From: Clostridia bacterium
GTDB lineage: Bacteria; Bacillota; Clostridia; DUPQ01
Length of the DNA: 40,932 nt
Assembly (NCBI GenBank): GCA_030590175.1
Contig: JAUUZE010000002.1
Location: 1 to 40,932 of the forward strand
Direction: 5' to 3'
Part shown: positions 1-9,362 of the stretch, in pieces
Layout of the letters: every line of letters starts with the position of its first letter
Position numbering within the stretch: the stretch's first letter is position 1
The notes under the pieces: model-generated
What the model was told of the DNA's origin: nothing
Seen by the model: only the letters and a program-made list of their open reading frames with translations
The model's database searches: none
Made by a program: the position numbers and the translations under genes

Positions 1-1020
1 ACCTAATACTTTATCATCAATGTATAAGGGGTGATTTTCAATAATACGATCTTCCCCTGGAAAAACAACTTTAACTAATTTGGCTAAGATACCAATGAAG
101 GGAAGCCATAATAAGGTGTTAATAATATTGAAAATTGTATGTGAGTTAGCAATTTGCCGTGATACATCTGCGGCCTCATTTGCCGGGGAGATTTTCATCA
201 CCACATAAGCGAGTACAGGTATCAAAAACATAAAGACTAGCGAGCCGACAATGTTAAATACTGAATGGGCTAATGCTGCTCGTTTTGCATTAATTCCAGA
301 TCCAATAGATGCAAAAATGGCTGTAATTGTTGTTCCTATATTACTACCAAATAAAAATGGTAATGCTGCAGTTAGCGATATTAATGCAGTTCCATCAGGG
401 TTTGCTGTGGAAGCTAAATTCTGTAAAACAGCAATAGAAGCTGATGAACTTTGAACAATAGCTGTCATACCAGTTCCGACTATTAGTCCTACAATTGGCA
501 TAGATTGCATTTGTAATATAATGTTTTGAAAGGCATCACTATAGGCTAATGGTTTCATAACAGCACTCATTGTGTTTAATCCAACAAACAATAAGCCAAA
601 TGAAAAGATGACTTGGCCAACGTTTTTTACTTTCTTGTTTTTTATGAAAAAGTATAAAACAAAACCAATAGCAGCAATGGGTAAGGCATAATGGCCAATT
701 TTAAAAGCTACTAATTGTGAAGTGACAGTTGTACCAATATTAGCACCTAAAATAACAGCAATGGCTTGTGGTAAAGTCATTAAACCAGCAGAAATAAAAC
801 CAATTACCATAACTGTTGTAGCGGATGAACTTTGAACTAATGCTGTAACAAGTGCTCCAAATATAATACCAACAAATGGATTACCTGTTAATACTTTTAA
901 GATTTTTCTCATCTTATCGACAGCAAGTTTTTTTAGTCCTGAACTCATTTCAGTCATACCAAAAATAAAGATAGCCAACCCACCAAATAACCCAAATATA
1001 ATTTCTACAGTCTGATTCAT
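1..1020 (-). CDS. Na+/phosphate cotransporter family protein (NptA/YjbB-like), partial; C-terminus lies left of the window
   Basis: Absent from the ORF track because there is no stop in the window. My minus-strand translation from the ATG (rc of 1018-1020) reads MNQTVEIIFGLFGGLAIFIFGMTEMSSGLKKL... It has two internal repeats carrying VQSSSAT / VQSSSAS and GANIGTT / GSNIGTT, typical of the Na/Pi cotransporter family. AGGAG (rc of 1026-1030) sits upstream. The frame stays open to position 1. Confidence 0.85.
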   Translation of the reverse strand, partial: MNQTVEIIFGLFGGLAIFIFGMTEMSSGLKKLAVDKMRKILKVLTGNPFVGIIFGALVTALVQSSSATTVMVIGFISAGLMTLPQAIAVILGANIGTTVTSQLVAFKIGHYALPIAAIGFVLYFFIKNKKVKNVGQVIFSFGLLFVGLNTMSAVMKPLAYSDAFQNIILQMQSMPIVGLIVGTGMTAIVQSSSASIAVLQNLASTANPDGTALISLTAALPFLFGSNIGTTITAIFASIGSGINAKRAALAHSVFNIVGSLVFMFLIPVLAYVVMKISPANEAADVSRQIANSHTIFNIINTLLWLPFIGILAKLVKVVFPGEDRIIENHPLYIDDKVLG

Positions 1021-1056
1021 TCTAACTCCTTAATTTATCAGTTTCTAATTACTTTA

Positions 1057-1084
1057 ATTTTACCATTAACTTGATTATAATCAA
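1057..1084 (-). promoter_or_regulatory. Putative sigma-A promoter for the Na/Pi cotransporter gene
   Basis: On the minus strand: TTGATT (rc of 1079-1084), 16-nt spacer, TGgTAAAAT extended -10 (rc of 1057-1065). It lies about 35 nt upstream of the RBS. Motif match only. Confidence 0.45.
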
Positions 1085-1123
1085 TCATAAATTAATATAT
1101 TTTTAAAAATAATATTATGACAT

Positions 1124-1150
1124 AAAAAAGGGTCTGTAATTACCAGACCC
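1124..1150 (-). terminator. Intrinsic terminator ending the nucleoside ABC importer operon
   Basis: Stem GGGTCTG (1130-1136) / CAGACCC (1144-1150) with a 7-nt loop. On the minus strand it is followed by T6 (rc of 1124-1129). It lies immediately after the stop at 1158-1160. Confidence 0.7.
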
Positions 1151-1157
1151 TTTATTT

Positions 1158-2105
1158 TTAATTTCTACCTAAGTCAAATACTTCTCCTTCAGCTTTTGGT
1201 GCCTGAGATGATTTACTAAAGACGATTAAGGCAACTAGAGTAATAACATATGGGAATATTTTTAGTAGTAGGGGAGGTATTACTCCAAGTTCTGGAATTA
1301 CTTGTGAAATATTAGCAATGGTTACAGCAGAACCAAAGAAGAATGTAGCTCCTAAGACGCCAAATGGTTTCCATTGACCAAATATTAATGCAGCCAAGGC
1401 TAAGAAACCAAGACCAGCTACTGAACCATTAAATTCTCCTGAATAGGTAACTAAGATTACAGCACCACCAAGGCCTGCAAAAGCTCCTGAAATCATTACA
1501 GCAATATAGCGCATACGATATACGTTAATACCTGCTGAGGCAGCCGCATAGGGATGCTCACCACAGGCTCGTAATCGAAGGCCAAAGGATGTCTTATATA
1601 GTGCGAACCATGATAAGAATAATATTCCTAATACAAGCCATGTTGAGGCATATGTGTTAGAAAACAATAATGGTCCTAGAAAAGGAATTTTTGATAATAA
1701 TGGTATATCAAATCTAGGTAATCCACTTTGAATAGTGATATTTCCACTTCCAGTTAATGTTCTAGCTAAATATACAGTAATAGCAGCAGCAATCATATTA
1801 ATTGCTGTACCTGAAATAACCTGATTAGCATTTAAATTAATGGATGCAAAGGCATGTAACACGGAAAAGAGCATTCCAGCTATCATTCCAGCTAATAGAC
1901 CAATCCATACTGATAAGTCAGGTAAGAATATTTGTAGAGAAGTAATTGTTACAGCAGAAGCAAAAAAGCCTACCACCATAAGTCCTTCTAACCCAATATT
2001 TATAATCCCACCTCGCTCAGAGAATAATCCTCCTAAAGCTGTAATCATTAGGGGAATAGTATAAGCTATAGCATAAGGAAAAACTAATTTAGTAATATCC
2101 CACAT
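1158..2105 (-). CDS. ABC transporter permease, BMP/nucleoside-uptake family (YufQ/NupQ/RnsD-like)
   Basis: 315-aa polytopic hydrophobic protein. It is the last gene of an SBP-ATPase-permease-permease array. Its start overlaps the upstream stop by 1 nt (TAATG). Confidence 0.85.
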   Translation of the reverse strand: MWDITKLVFPYAIAYTIPLMITALGGLFSERGGIINIGLEGLMVVGFFASAVTITSLQIFLPDLSVWIGLLAGMIAGMLFSVLHAFASINLNANQVISGTAINMIAAAITVYLARTLTGSGNITIQSGLPRFDIPLLSKIPFLGPLLFSNTYASTWLVLGILFLSWFALYKTSFGLRLRACGEHPYAAASAGINVYRMRYIAVMISGAFAGLGGAVILVTYSGEFNGSVAGLGFLALAALIFGQWKPFGVLGATFFFGSAVTIANISQVIPELGVIPPLLLKIFPYVITLVALIVFSKSSQAPKAEGEVFDLGRN

Positions 2106-3178
2106 TAGTCAACACCTCCTTTAGCATTTTTTTTACTTTTTTTCTTACGTAATATTTTTACCCACAATCGCTGTATTAATAGGGAAGTGGCTGTGAAATA
2201 TATTATTATAGCAATAATTGTATTGGCAATCTGAGGGGGTATATCAGTCATTGCACTCATAAACCCTTTCCCAGTGTGTAAGATACCAAAGAATATGGCA
2301 GCTATTAGTACACCATAAGGTGTTGAAATACCAAGTAAGGCAACAGCAATACCGTCAAATCCTTGTGCAGGTAAAATACCAATTTGCATATTTTCTGCAA
2401 ATCCTGTATAAAAAGTTAATCCTGCTAATCCAGCTAAACCACCGGCAATCATCATTGATAATATAATGTTCCGGCTTACTTTTATACCATTACAAAGGGC
2501 AGCATCACGATTAAATCCAACTGCTTTTAGTTCAAAACCAAGAGTGGTTTTATCTAAGATGATTTTTATAAATATAACAGCTAATAAGGCAACTACTAAT
2601 CCTAAGTTAAGAGACGAACCTTGAAATAGTTCAGTTATCCAAGGAACTTTTAGTTGTGCAACAGCAGGTAAGTCAGCTGATTGTGTTTCTTGTACATCAA
2701 TTAAAAAGGCTTGTACAGTATAATATACAACCCATAGGGCAATCCAATTCATCATAATTGTTGCAACAACCTCATGAACATTGAATTTAGCTTTTAAAAG
2801 ACCAGGAATTATACCCCATATTGCGCCACCTATAATAGCTACTATTAACATTATAAATAATAATATTGGTCGTGGAAAATCTAGTGTTAGACCTACAATA
2901 GTAGCACATAGTCCACCAATAAGCATTTGACCAGAAACACCAATATTAAACAGTCCTGTTCTGAATGCAAATGCAACGGATAAACCTGTTAAGATTAAAG
3001 TAGTAGCGGTTGAAAGTGTATTTCCAATACGCTCAATACTCATTGTGCCACCTTTTAATAGGTATGTGAATCCTTCTATTGGGTTACTTCCAATAGATAA
3101 CATTAGTAAGGCACCAGCCAATAAACCTAAAAATGTAGCAATAAGTGATTTAGTTACTTCATTTAGTTCTTTTTTCAT
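2105..3178 (-). CDS. ABC transporter permease, BMP/nucleoside-uptake family (YufP/NupP/RnsC-like)
   Basis: 357-aa polytopic membrane protein with a 4-nt ATGA overlap with the ATPase gene. Its operon position matches BMP-type importers. Confidence 0.85.
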   Translation of the reverse strand: MKKELNEVTKSLIATFLGLLAGALLMLSIGSNPIEGFTYLLKGGTMSIERIGNTLSTATTLILTGLSVAFAFRTGLFNIGVSGQMLIGGLCATIVGLTLDFPRPILLFIMLIVAIIGGAIWGIIPGLLKAKFNVHEVVATIMMNWIALWVVYYTVQAFLIDVQETQSADLPAVAQLKVPWITELFQGSSLNLGLVVALLAVIFIKIILDKTTLGFELKAVGFNRDAALCNGIKVSRNIILSMMIAGGLAGLAGLTFYTGFAENMQIGILPAQGFDGIAVALLGISTPYGVLIAAIFFGILHTGKGFMSAMTDIPPQIANTIIAIIIYFTATSLLIQRLWVKILRKKKSKKNAKGGVD

Positions 3179-4698
3179 TGACCTTCACCTCGCTTTATAC
3201 CGGCCATCATTAAGCCTACTTCATTTTCATTAGTCTCATTAGCATTAACTAAATCAATCAATTCACCATGATTGATAACAGCAATTTTATCAGACAAATC
3301 AAGTATTTCATCTAGTTCAAGAGAAATAAGCAAAACTGCTTTTCCACTATCTCTTTGTTCAATTAGTCTTTTGTGAATATATTCAATCGCTCCAACATCA
3401 AGCCCTCTAGTAGGTTGCACAGCAATTAATAAATCGGGATTTGATGAGATTTCTCTTCCAACAATAGCTTTTTGTTGATTACCACCTGATAGAGTCGCAG
3501 CCTTTGAGGCATTACCTCTACCAGAACGAACATCAAATTGAGATATAACATCATCTGCATGTTTTTTTATTTGATCAAATTGTAAAAACCCATATTTTGA
3601 ATAGGGAGGGTGATAGTATTCTTTTAAAATCATATTATCACCAAGGCTAAATTCTAAAACTAGTCCATGCTTGTGTCTATCTTCTGGAATATGAGCTATA
3701 CCAGTTTCATTTCGTTCTCTAATTGATGATTTTGTAAGGTTTTTACCATTTATAAAAATCTTACCTGATTCAATTTTTCTGAGTCCTGTAAGCGCTTCTA
3801 CTAATTCTGTTTGTCCGTTACCATCAACCCCGGCTAATCCAACAATTTCTCCAGCTCTTACTTCTAAAGAAAACTCTTTTAACCCTAAGGTTTTTTGATT
3901 ATTTAATGCTGAAAGCTTATCAATTTTTAAAATCACTTTACCTGGCTTGGCATCTTGCTTATCAACCTTAAAAGTAACTACACGACCTACCATCATTTCA
4001 GCCATCTTAGCTTCTGATGTGTCTTTTACATCAACTGTACCAATTACTTTTCCTCGTCTAATAACTGTACAGCGATCGGCTACTTCTTTAATTTCTCTTA
4101 ATTTATGTGTAATTAAAACAATAGATTTACCCTCACTTGTAAGATTTTTCATGATTTTCATTAACTCATGAATTTCTTGAGGGGTTAATACCGCTGTGGG
4201 TTCATCGAATATAAGAACATCTGCATCTCGATAGAGCATTTTTAATATTTCAACACGTTGTTGCATTCCAACGGATATATCTTCAATTTTATCATTAGGA
4301 TTTATATCTAATCCATATTTTAGTGATAAATCTTTAATTATCTTGGATGCATCTTTGATTTTTAAAACAATACTACCCTCTATACCAAGAATAATATTCT
4401 CAGTAACAGTAAAGTTGTGAACTAGTTGAAAATGTTGATGTACCATACCAATTCCTAATTTATTGGCAATATTAGGGTCTGTAATTTTGACTTCTTTTCC
4501 TTTAACTTTAATTATTCCTTGATCAAGGTGAAACAAGCCAAATAGAATACTCATTAATGTGGATTTTCCGGCACCGTTTTCACCTAATAAAGCTAGGATT
4601 TCTCCTTGCTTTAATTGGATAGTTATATTGTCATTTGCAACGACACCGGGAAATTCTTTACGAATGTTGAGCATTTCTACAACGAAGTTATCTTTCAT
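3175..4698 (-). CDS. ABC transporter ATP-binding protein with two fused ATPase domains (YufO/NupO/RnsA-like)
   Basis: Contains Walker A GENGAGKST, Walker B LIFDEPT, and a second domain with LSGGNQQK. I prefer the ATG at 4696-4698 (MKDNFVVEML), which has GAGG 5-6 nt upstream, over the ORF-track start at 4710, which overlaps that RBS. Confidence 0.9.
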   Translation of the reverse strand: MKDNFVVEMLNIRKEFPGVVANDNITIQLKQGEILALLGENGAGKSTLMSILFGLFHLDQGIIKVKGKEVKITDPNIANKLGIGMVHQHFQLVHNFTVTENIILGIEGSIVLKIKDASKIIKDLSLKYGLDINPNDKIEDISVGMQQRVEILKMLYRDADVLIFDEPTAVLTPQEIHELMKIMKNLTSEGKSIVLITHKLREIKEVADRCTVIRRGKVIGTVDVKDTSEAKMAEMMVGRVVTFKVDKQDAKPGKVILKIDKLSALNNQKTLGLKEFSLEVRAGEIVGLAGVDGNGQTELVEALTGLRKIESGKIFINGKNLTKSSIRERNETGIAHIPEDRHKHGLVLEFSLGDNMILKEYYHPPYSKYGFLQFDQIKKHADDVISQFDVRSGRGNASKAATLSGGNQQKAIVGREISSNPDLLIAVQPTRGLDVGAIEYIHKRLIEQRDSGKAVLLISLELDEILDLSDKIAVINHGELIDLVNANETNENEVGLMMAGIKRGEGQ

Positions 4699-4718
4699 GT
4701 TATACCTCATTTTGCTTT

Positions 4719-4749
4719 AAAAAGCAAAGGACGGAAGAATCCGTCCTTT
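4719..4749 (-). terminator. Intra-operon terminator-like hairpin between the SBP gene and the ATPase gene
   Basis: 10-bp stem 4726-4735 / 4740-4749 (AAAGGACGGA / TCCGTCCTTT) with a 4-nt loop. On the minus strand it is followed by GC then T5. Confidence 0.6.
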
Positions 4750-4770
4750 GCAAATTGTAATTTGGTTAAC

Positions 4771-5895
4771 TTATTTAATTAAGCTACCTTGTTCTGAAGC
4801 AACTATAATTGTTCCAGCAACAACTTCATCAAAAGCTTTTAATACTTTTGTTACAACATCATCACTTAAGTTAGGATTTTCACTAGGAATACCAACACCA
4901 TTATTTGAAGAATCATATGTTAGCATTTCGCCACCTGGGAATGTTCCATAAGTTTCAGCTAAGATCATGTCATAAGCTGCTTGGTCAATACCTTTCATAG
5001 CAGAAGTTAAGATAATAGAATTAGTTCCATCATAAATACCATCAGCATATTGGTCAACATCAACACCAACGATCCAAACATCTTCGCCACCTTCAGCACG
5101 AGTTTTAGCTTCGTTAATAGCACCAACACCAACACCACCGGCTGCACAGAAGATTGCGTCAACGCCTTTGTCAAACATACCAGCAGCTAACTGCTGTCCG
5201 CCTGCAACGTTACTAAAGCTTCCTTCATAAATAAAGTTATCAGCGTTCATTACAATTGTAGTACCATAAGTGTCATTAGCATAAGCGATTCCTTGTTGAA
5301 ATCCCCAGTTAAATTTTTGAACTGCTGGAATTTCCATTCCACCAATAAATCCAACTTCGCCATCTTCTAATTGTAAAGCAGTTGCTAAACCAGCATAAAA
5401 GCCAGCTTCTTGCTCTGCAAAGAAAATTGATACAGTATTTTCAGCTACAACTGGAGCCCAGTCGCCTACATGAGGATATCCGTCTAATAAGATAAACTTA
5501 GCATCTGGATATTTTGTTTGTGCTTCAAAAATAGTTGTTTCAAATTTGAAACCAGGAGTAACGATGAATTTGTATCCTGCATCGAATAGGTTTCCAATTT
5601 CTGTTAGGTATTCAGCCTGTGTTGTTCCATCAGGTTTTAAATATTTAGTATCTAAACCAAAATCGTCTGCGGCTAATAAAATACCTTCCCATGTTCCTTG
5701 ATTAAATGATTTGTCATCAATCGTGCCAGCATCAGTTACCATACCAACTTTAAAGTCAGTATTGTCACCAAATTCAACTGTAGGTTCTGGAGTTGGAGTA
5801 GCAGTAGGATCTTCAGTTGTTTCTCCACCATTACATCCAGCTAATAATGCTACAACTAGCATCAATGATAAGATGATTGATAATGTTTTTTTCAT
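4771..5895 (-). CDS. BMP-family ABC transporter substrate-binding lipoprotein (PnrA/Med/TmpC/NupN-like; purine nucleoside binding family)
   Basis: Signal peptide with lipobox LLAGC, followed by a Thr/Pro/Glu-rich linker. BMP-family body (GFIGGMEIPAVQKF, FCAAGGVGVGA). Codon choice looks like a highly expressed gene. GGGGG RBS upstream. Confidence 0.9.
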   Translation of the reverse strand: MKKTLSIILSLMLVVALLAGCNGGETTEDPTATPTPEPTVEFGDNTDFKVGMVTDAGTIDDKSFNQGTWEGILLAADDFGLDTKYLKPDGTTQAEYLTEIGNLFDAGYKFIVTPGFKFETTIFEAQTKYPDAKFILLDGYPHVGDWAPVVAENTVSIFFAEQEAGFYAGLATALQLEDGEVGFIGGMEIPAVQKFNWGFQQGIAYANDTYGTTIVMNADNFIYEGSFSNVAGGQQLAAGMFDKGVDAIFCAAGGVGVGAINEAKTRAEGGEDVWIVGVDVDQYADGIYDGTNSIILTSAMKGIDQAAYDMILAETYGTFPGGEMLTYDSSNNGVGIPSENPNLSDDVVTKVLKAFDEVVAGTIIVASEQGSLIK

Positions 5896-5929
5896 TTATG
5901 TGTCCCCCTTGTTTTTATTTTACTAAATA

Positions 5930-5960
5930 ATTATACCATATTATTAGTATAATTAAACAA
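5930..5960 (-). promoter_or_regulatory. Putative promoter of the nucleoside importer operon
   Basis: Extended -10 TGgTATAAT on the minus strand (rc of 5930-5938). The -35 is weak: TTGTTT at a 19-nt spacing. Confidence 0.4.
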
Positions 5961-5980
5961 CTTGAGAAAAAAATATTTTG

Positions 5981-7006
5981 TTAGAATAAATAATTAATTT
6001 GTTGGTAAATAGAATAGTCAATTAATTTTTCAATATCTCGTCCACCAAGATAAAATTGATACATTTTTTCATATTGAACATCATAAGCACCTCCAGTGTA
6101 GTAACCTGAAGGATATAAGTTTCTAAGACCAGTAAAATAGAATTTATACAATTGATATCTTCTAGCATAGATTCCAGTTGGATCACTATTAACATGTGAG
6201 CTGATTTCATTTAAAAACCCTAATGTTGCAGTGGCATTTGATGTTCGCTTAACAACAGGTACCAAGTCGCGATAACAGATTTCTTGTCGTAAAATACTAT
6301 TAAAAATAGCATCAAAATTTCTCTTAACAGTGCCATCAAAATAATAGTGTGGTTGAATGAGTATAATATCAAAAATAGGAGTTGTATTTGCCACAAAACC
6401 TAGTTTCTTTATTACATTAGCAGCATTTTCTCCATAACCATAGTAAGGGATCCACATAAGTTGCTTATCCAAGTATTCGTGAACCCTAAAAGATAAATCA
6501 TTCATAAATGACAACGAATAATTATCATAGATATTTTGATAATCAACTTCACCAATAACAGCTTCTGTATTCAAGTAAACACCTTTAATGTTGTTTTCCC
6601 AAATGACAGGAAAACTTCTTTTTATTTCTAGAAGATAATCATATACTTTTTCTAATGCTGTACTAAAGTAATAAGGGTGTGTCATAGAAGTCATATGTGG
6701 GGTAGCAATCCATATATTTGCATCAGGAACTTCTTGTGTAATTCTAAGCATAGTATAGAAAGTACGAGGAATTAATTTAGTAATATAATTGTCTTTAGAA
6801 TGATCAAAGTCATTTAAACTAACAATGATATAATCAGTAATTCCACTATTTTTCATTTTTATAAAATCATTTTGGTCATAATTGTGATCCATATAAATAA
6901 GAACAAAGTGGGGAACAGGTTCTTTAGCATATACAGTTGTAATAGGTAATAAAATATTGCCCATTACAACAATTATAGATAAAATGATACAAACAATTCT
7001 TTTCAT
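5981..7006 (-). CDS. Hypothetical secreted protein, possibly a glycoside-hydrolase-like (beta/alpha) barrel (DUF4855-like?)
   Basis: Long ORF. Starting at the ATG (rc of 7004-7006), MKRIVCIILSIIVVMGNILLPITTVYA is a good signal peptide. The ORF-track start at 7021 is a TTG. No clear SD precedes either start. The family assignment is a guess from alternating strand-like hydrophobic segments (VLIYMDH, IIVSLND, IWIATPH, VYLNTE, MWIPYYG, ILIQPHYY). Confidence 0.6.
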   Translation of the reverse strand: MKRIVCIILSIIVVMGNILLPITTVYAKEPVPHFVLIYMDHNYDQNDFIKMKNSGITDYIIVSLNDFDHSKDNYITKLIPRTFYTMLRITQEVPDANIWIATPHMTSMTHPYYFSTALEKVYDYLLEIKRSFPVIWENNIKGVYLNTEAVIGEVDYQNIYDNYSLSFMNDLSFRVHEYLDKQLMWIPYYGYGENAANVIKKLGFVANTTPIFDIILIQPHYYFDGTVKRNFDAIFNSILRQEICYRDLVPVVKRTSNATATLGFLNEISSHVNSDPTGIYARRYQLYKFYFTGLRNLYPSGYYTGGAYDVQYEKMYQFYLGGRDIEKLIDYSIYQQINYLF

Positions 7007-7034
7007 AAATATATAATACAATAAAAAGAACTGA

Positions 7035-7063
7035 TTGACACAAAGTATTTGGTTATCTATTAT
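7035..7063 (+). promoter_or_regulatory. Putative sigma-A promoter for the marR-ABC-ABC-MATE operon
   Basis: TTGACA (7035-7040), 17-nt spacer, TATTAT (7058-7063). It lies about 35 nt upstream of the marR ATG. Confidence 0.55.
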
Positions 7064-7099
7064 AATAGTTATATTATATAAATAGTTAAGGGGGTTTTT

Positions 7100-7537
7100 A
7101 TGATTGATGAAAAAAAAATGATTTTCTTACGATTACTTAGACAGAATTCTAGAGGAATAAAAAGAGAAATATTTAAAAAAATGAATACAGAAGATTATTC
7201 TCATTCACAAATTAACCTAATTTTACATTTAAATGGTACTAAAAAGAGACCAATTAGTTTATTATCTAAAATTGTTCAAGTACAAAAAAGTAATATGACC
7301 ACATTAATTGATTCGCTAGAAAAAGAAAATGTTGTTATTAGAAGTCGCGATTTAAATGACAAACGCATAATACACTTGAATTTAACTGATAAAGGAATAA
7401 CTGTTAAAGAACAATTGCTAGATGAATATCAACAACATTTAGGTGAGATACTAAAAAATGTAACAGAACAAGAATTAGATCAAGCAATCGCTATTTTACT
7501 AGTGCTAAAAGAAAAAATTTGGGGGGAATATGTCTAA
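7100..7537 (+). CDS. MarR-family transcriptional regulator
   Basis: 145 aa with a winged-HTH pattern (LSKIVQVQKSNMTTLIDSLEKENVVIRSRDLNDKR). GGGGG RBS upstream. 8-nt overlap with the next gene. Confidence 0.85.
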   Translation: MIDEKKMIFLRLLRQNSRGIKREIFKKMNTEDYSHSQINLILHLNGTKKRPISLLSKIVQVQKSNMTTLIDSLEKENVVIRSRDLNDKRIIHLNLTDKGITVKEQLLDEYQQHLGEILKNVTEQELDQAIAILLVLKEKIWGEYV

Positions 7538-9362
7538 AAGAAACGCAAGTAAGTATGATGAGAACCTAAAGCGGGGCATAAAGTTACTAAAAGAGTTTTT
7601 ATCAAAAAATTATATAAAATATATATATGGGTTTATAGCAATAATTTTTGCAGATTTATGTACTATGTTGACACCAATCTTATCTGGTAGAATTGTGGAT
7701 GCGATTGTTAATACTACAAATGGATTAGACAATTTAACAACTAGACGGTTATTACTATTATGTAGTATATTTATTGGAATAGCATTAATAAAAATGTTAG
7801 CTAATTTTTTAACCAGACTGTTTGTTATTGGCGCAAGTTTTGTATTGGATTTTGCTACACGAAGTGCTATGTTTAATAAATTGTTAGAGTTAACAATGAA
7901 TTATTATAATAAAAAATCAACAGGTGAGGTTATGGCCTTATCCACAAATGATTTAAATGCTGTAACTAGAGCTATGGGCATGGGTATTATGCATATAATA
8001 AATACCATAATATTATTATTGTTTAGTGCTACTTATTTAATAATTAATCTAAATGTTACGTTAACACTAGCAGTTTTTATACCTTTTCCTATTTTAATTA
8101 TAATAATTTCGCAGTTTGGTAAATTCATACATAAGCGATTTAAAAAGGTACAAGAATCTTTTGCAGATTTAACAGGTAAAACAGAAGAGTCAATAGCAGG
8201 GATTAGGGTAGTTAAATCTTTTGTACAAGAAGAATATGAAATTGCTAATTTTGAAAAATTTAATGAAAAAAATTATCAAGCAAATGTTGCGTTGGCAAAG
8301 ATTAGAGCAATATTTCATCCTACATTATCATTACTATCAAATATCACATATTTTATTTTACTTATTTTTGGTGGATTAATTGCCATGGATGGGCAAATTT
8401 CTTTAGGAGAATTTATTGTTGTAAATGGCTTTTTAGGAATGTTAGTTCGACCTATTACTTTTGTTGGAATGATTATTAATTTTCTTCAGAGAGGAAAGGT
8501 TTCTGTTAGTCGAATCAGTGAATTACTTTATCAACAGACAGATATCTATGATGGAAAATATAATAAACCAATAAAAGAAGATAAACTACCAGATAAATTA
8601 CGTGGTGATATTGTTTTTAATAATTTATCATTTGTATATGGAGAAAAAAAGATAAAAGCACTTGATAATATTTCTATTAATTTAAAACATGGATACACTT
8701 TAGGTGTTATTGGTGAAGTAGGAAGTGGTAAAACAACATTAGTTAATTTGCTAACTAGAGTGTTTGACTATGAAGAAAATCAAGGGCAAATCACAATTGA
8801 TGGTTATGACATTAGAGACTTACCACTTCATTACTTAAGAGACAATATTGGTTATGTTCCACAAGATAATTTCTTATTTTCTGATACCATATCATATAAT
8901 GTTAACTTTTCCTTAAAACAGCGTTCTAAAGATGAAATTGCTGATGCTGTGAAAAAAAGCAATGTCTATGAGGATGTTATGGAATTTCCTGATAAATTTG
9001 ATACATTGTTAGGAGAAAAAGGTGTTAATTTATCAGGTGGGCAAAAGCAACGATTGTGTATTGCTAGAGCGCTAATTCAAAACAAACCAATTATGATATT
9101 TGACGATTGCTTATCTGCAGTTGATGTAGAAACAGAAAAGGAAATATTAGCAAATTTACGTGATGAACGTGAAGGACGAACATGTATTGTTATAGCACAT
9201 CGGATTTCAACAATAAAAGACTCAGATTTAATTATTGTATTAGGTGATGGAAAAATTATTGAATCAGGGACTCATGATGAGTTAATATCTCTTAATGGAG
9301 AATATAATAAAATGCATCGACTTCAATTAATGGATGAACTAGAGGGAGGGGCTGCATCATGA
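7530..9362 (+). CDS. ABC exporter fused permease/ATPase, subunit carrying the degenerate Walker B (LmrC/BmrC/TM287-type half-transporter)
   Basis: N-terminal 6-TM domain. Walker A GEVGSGKTT and signature LSGGQKQR. Walker B is IMIFDDCLSAVD, with Asp in place of the catalytic Glu. Confidence 0.9.
   Translation: MSKRNASKYDENLKRGIKLLKEFLSKNYIKYIYGFIAIIFADLCTMLTPILSGRIVDAIVNTTNGLDNLTTRRLLLLCSIFIGIALIKMLANFLTRLFVIGASFVLDFATRSAMFNKLLELTMNYYNKKSTGEVMALSTNDLNAVTRAMGMGIMHIINTIILLLFSATYLIINLNVTLTLAVFIPFPILIIIISQFGKFIHKRFKKVQESFADLTGKTEESIAGIRVVKSFVQEEYEIANFEKFNEKNYQANVALAKIRAIFHPTLSLLSNITYFILLIFGGLIAMDGQISLGEFIVVNGFLGMLVRPITFVGMIINFLQRGKVSVSRISELLYQQTDIYDGKYNKPIKEDKLPDKLRGDIVFNNLSFVYGEKKIKALDNISINLKHGYTLGVIGEVGSGKTTLVNLLTRVFDYEENQGQITIDGYDIRDLPLHYLRDNIGYVPQDNFLFSDTISYNVNFSLKQRSKDEIADAVKKSNVYEDVMEFPDKFDTLLGEKGVNLSGGQKQRLCIARALIQNKPIMIFDDCLSAVDVETEKEILANLRDEREGRTCIVIAHRISTIKDSDLIIVLGDGKIIESGTHDELISLNGEYNKMHRLQLMDELEGGAAS

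Noticed and set aside
7110-7118. A9 homopolymer at codons 4-6 of marR, considered as a phase-variation or slippage tract
   Set aside because: Runs of A7-A9 encoding Lys-Lys occur at several other gene starts in this window, for example near 19514, 26586 and 27318. They fit the genome's AT bias. An in-frame ATG directly follows the tract, so a length change would have little effect.
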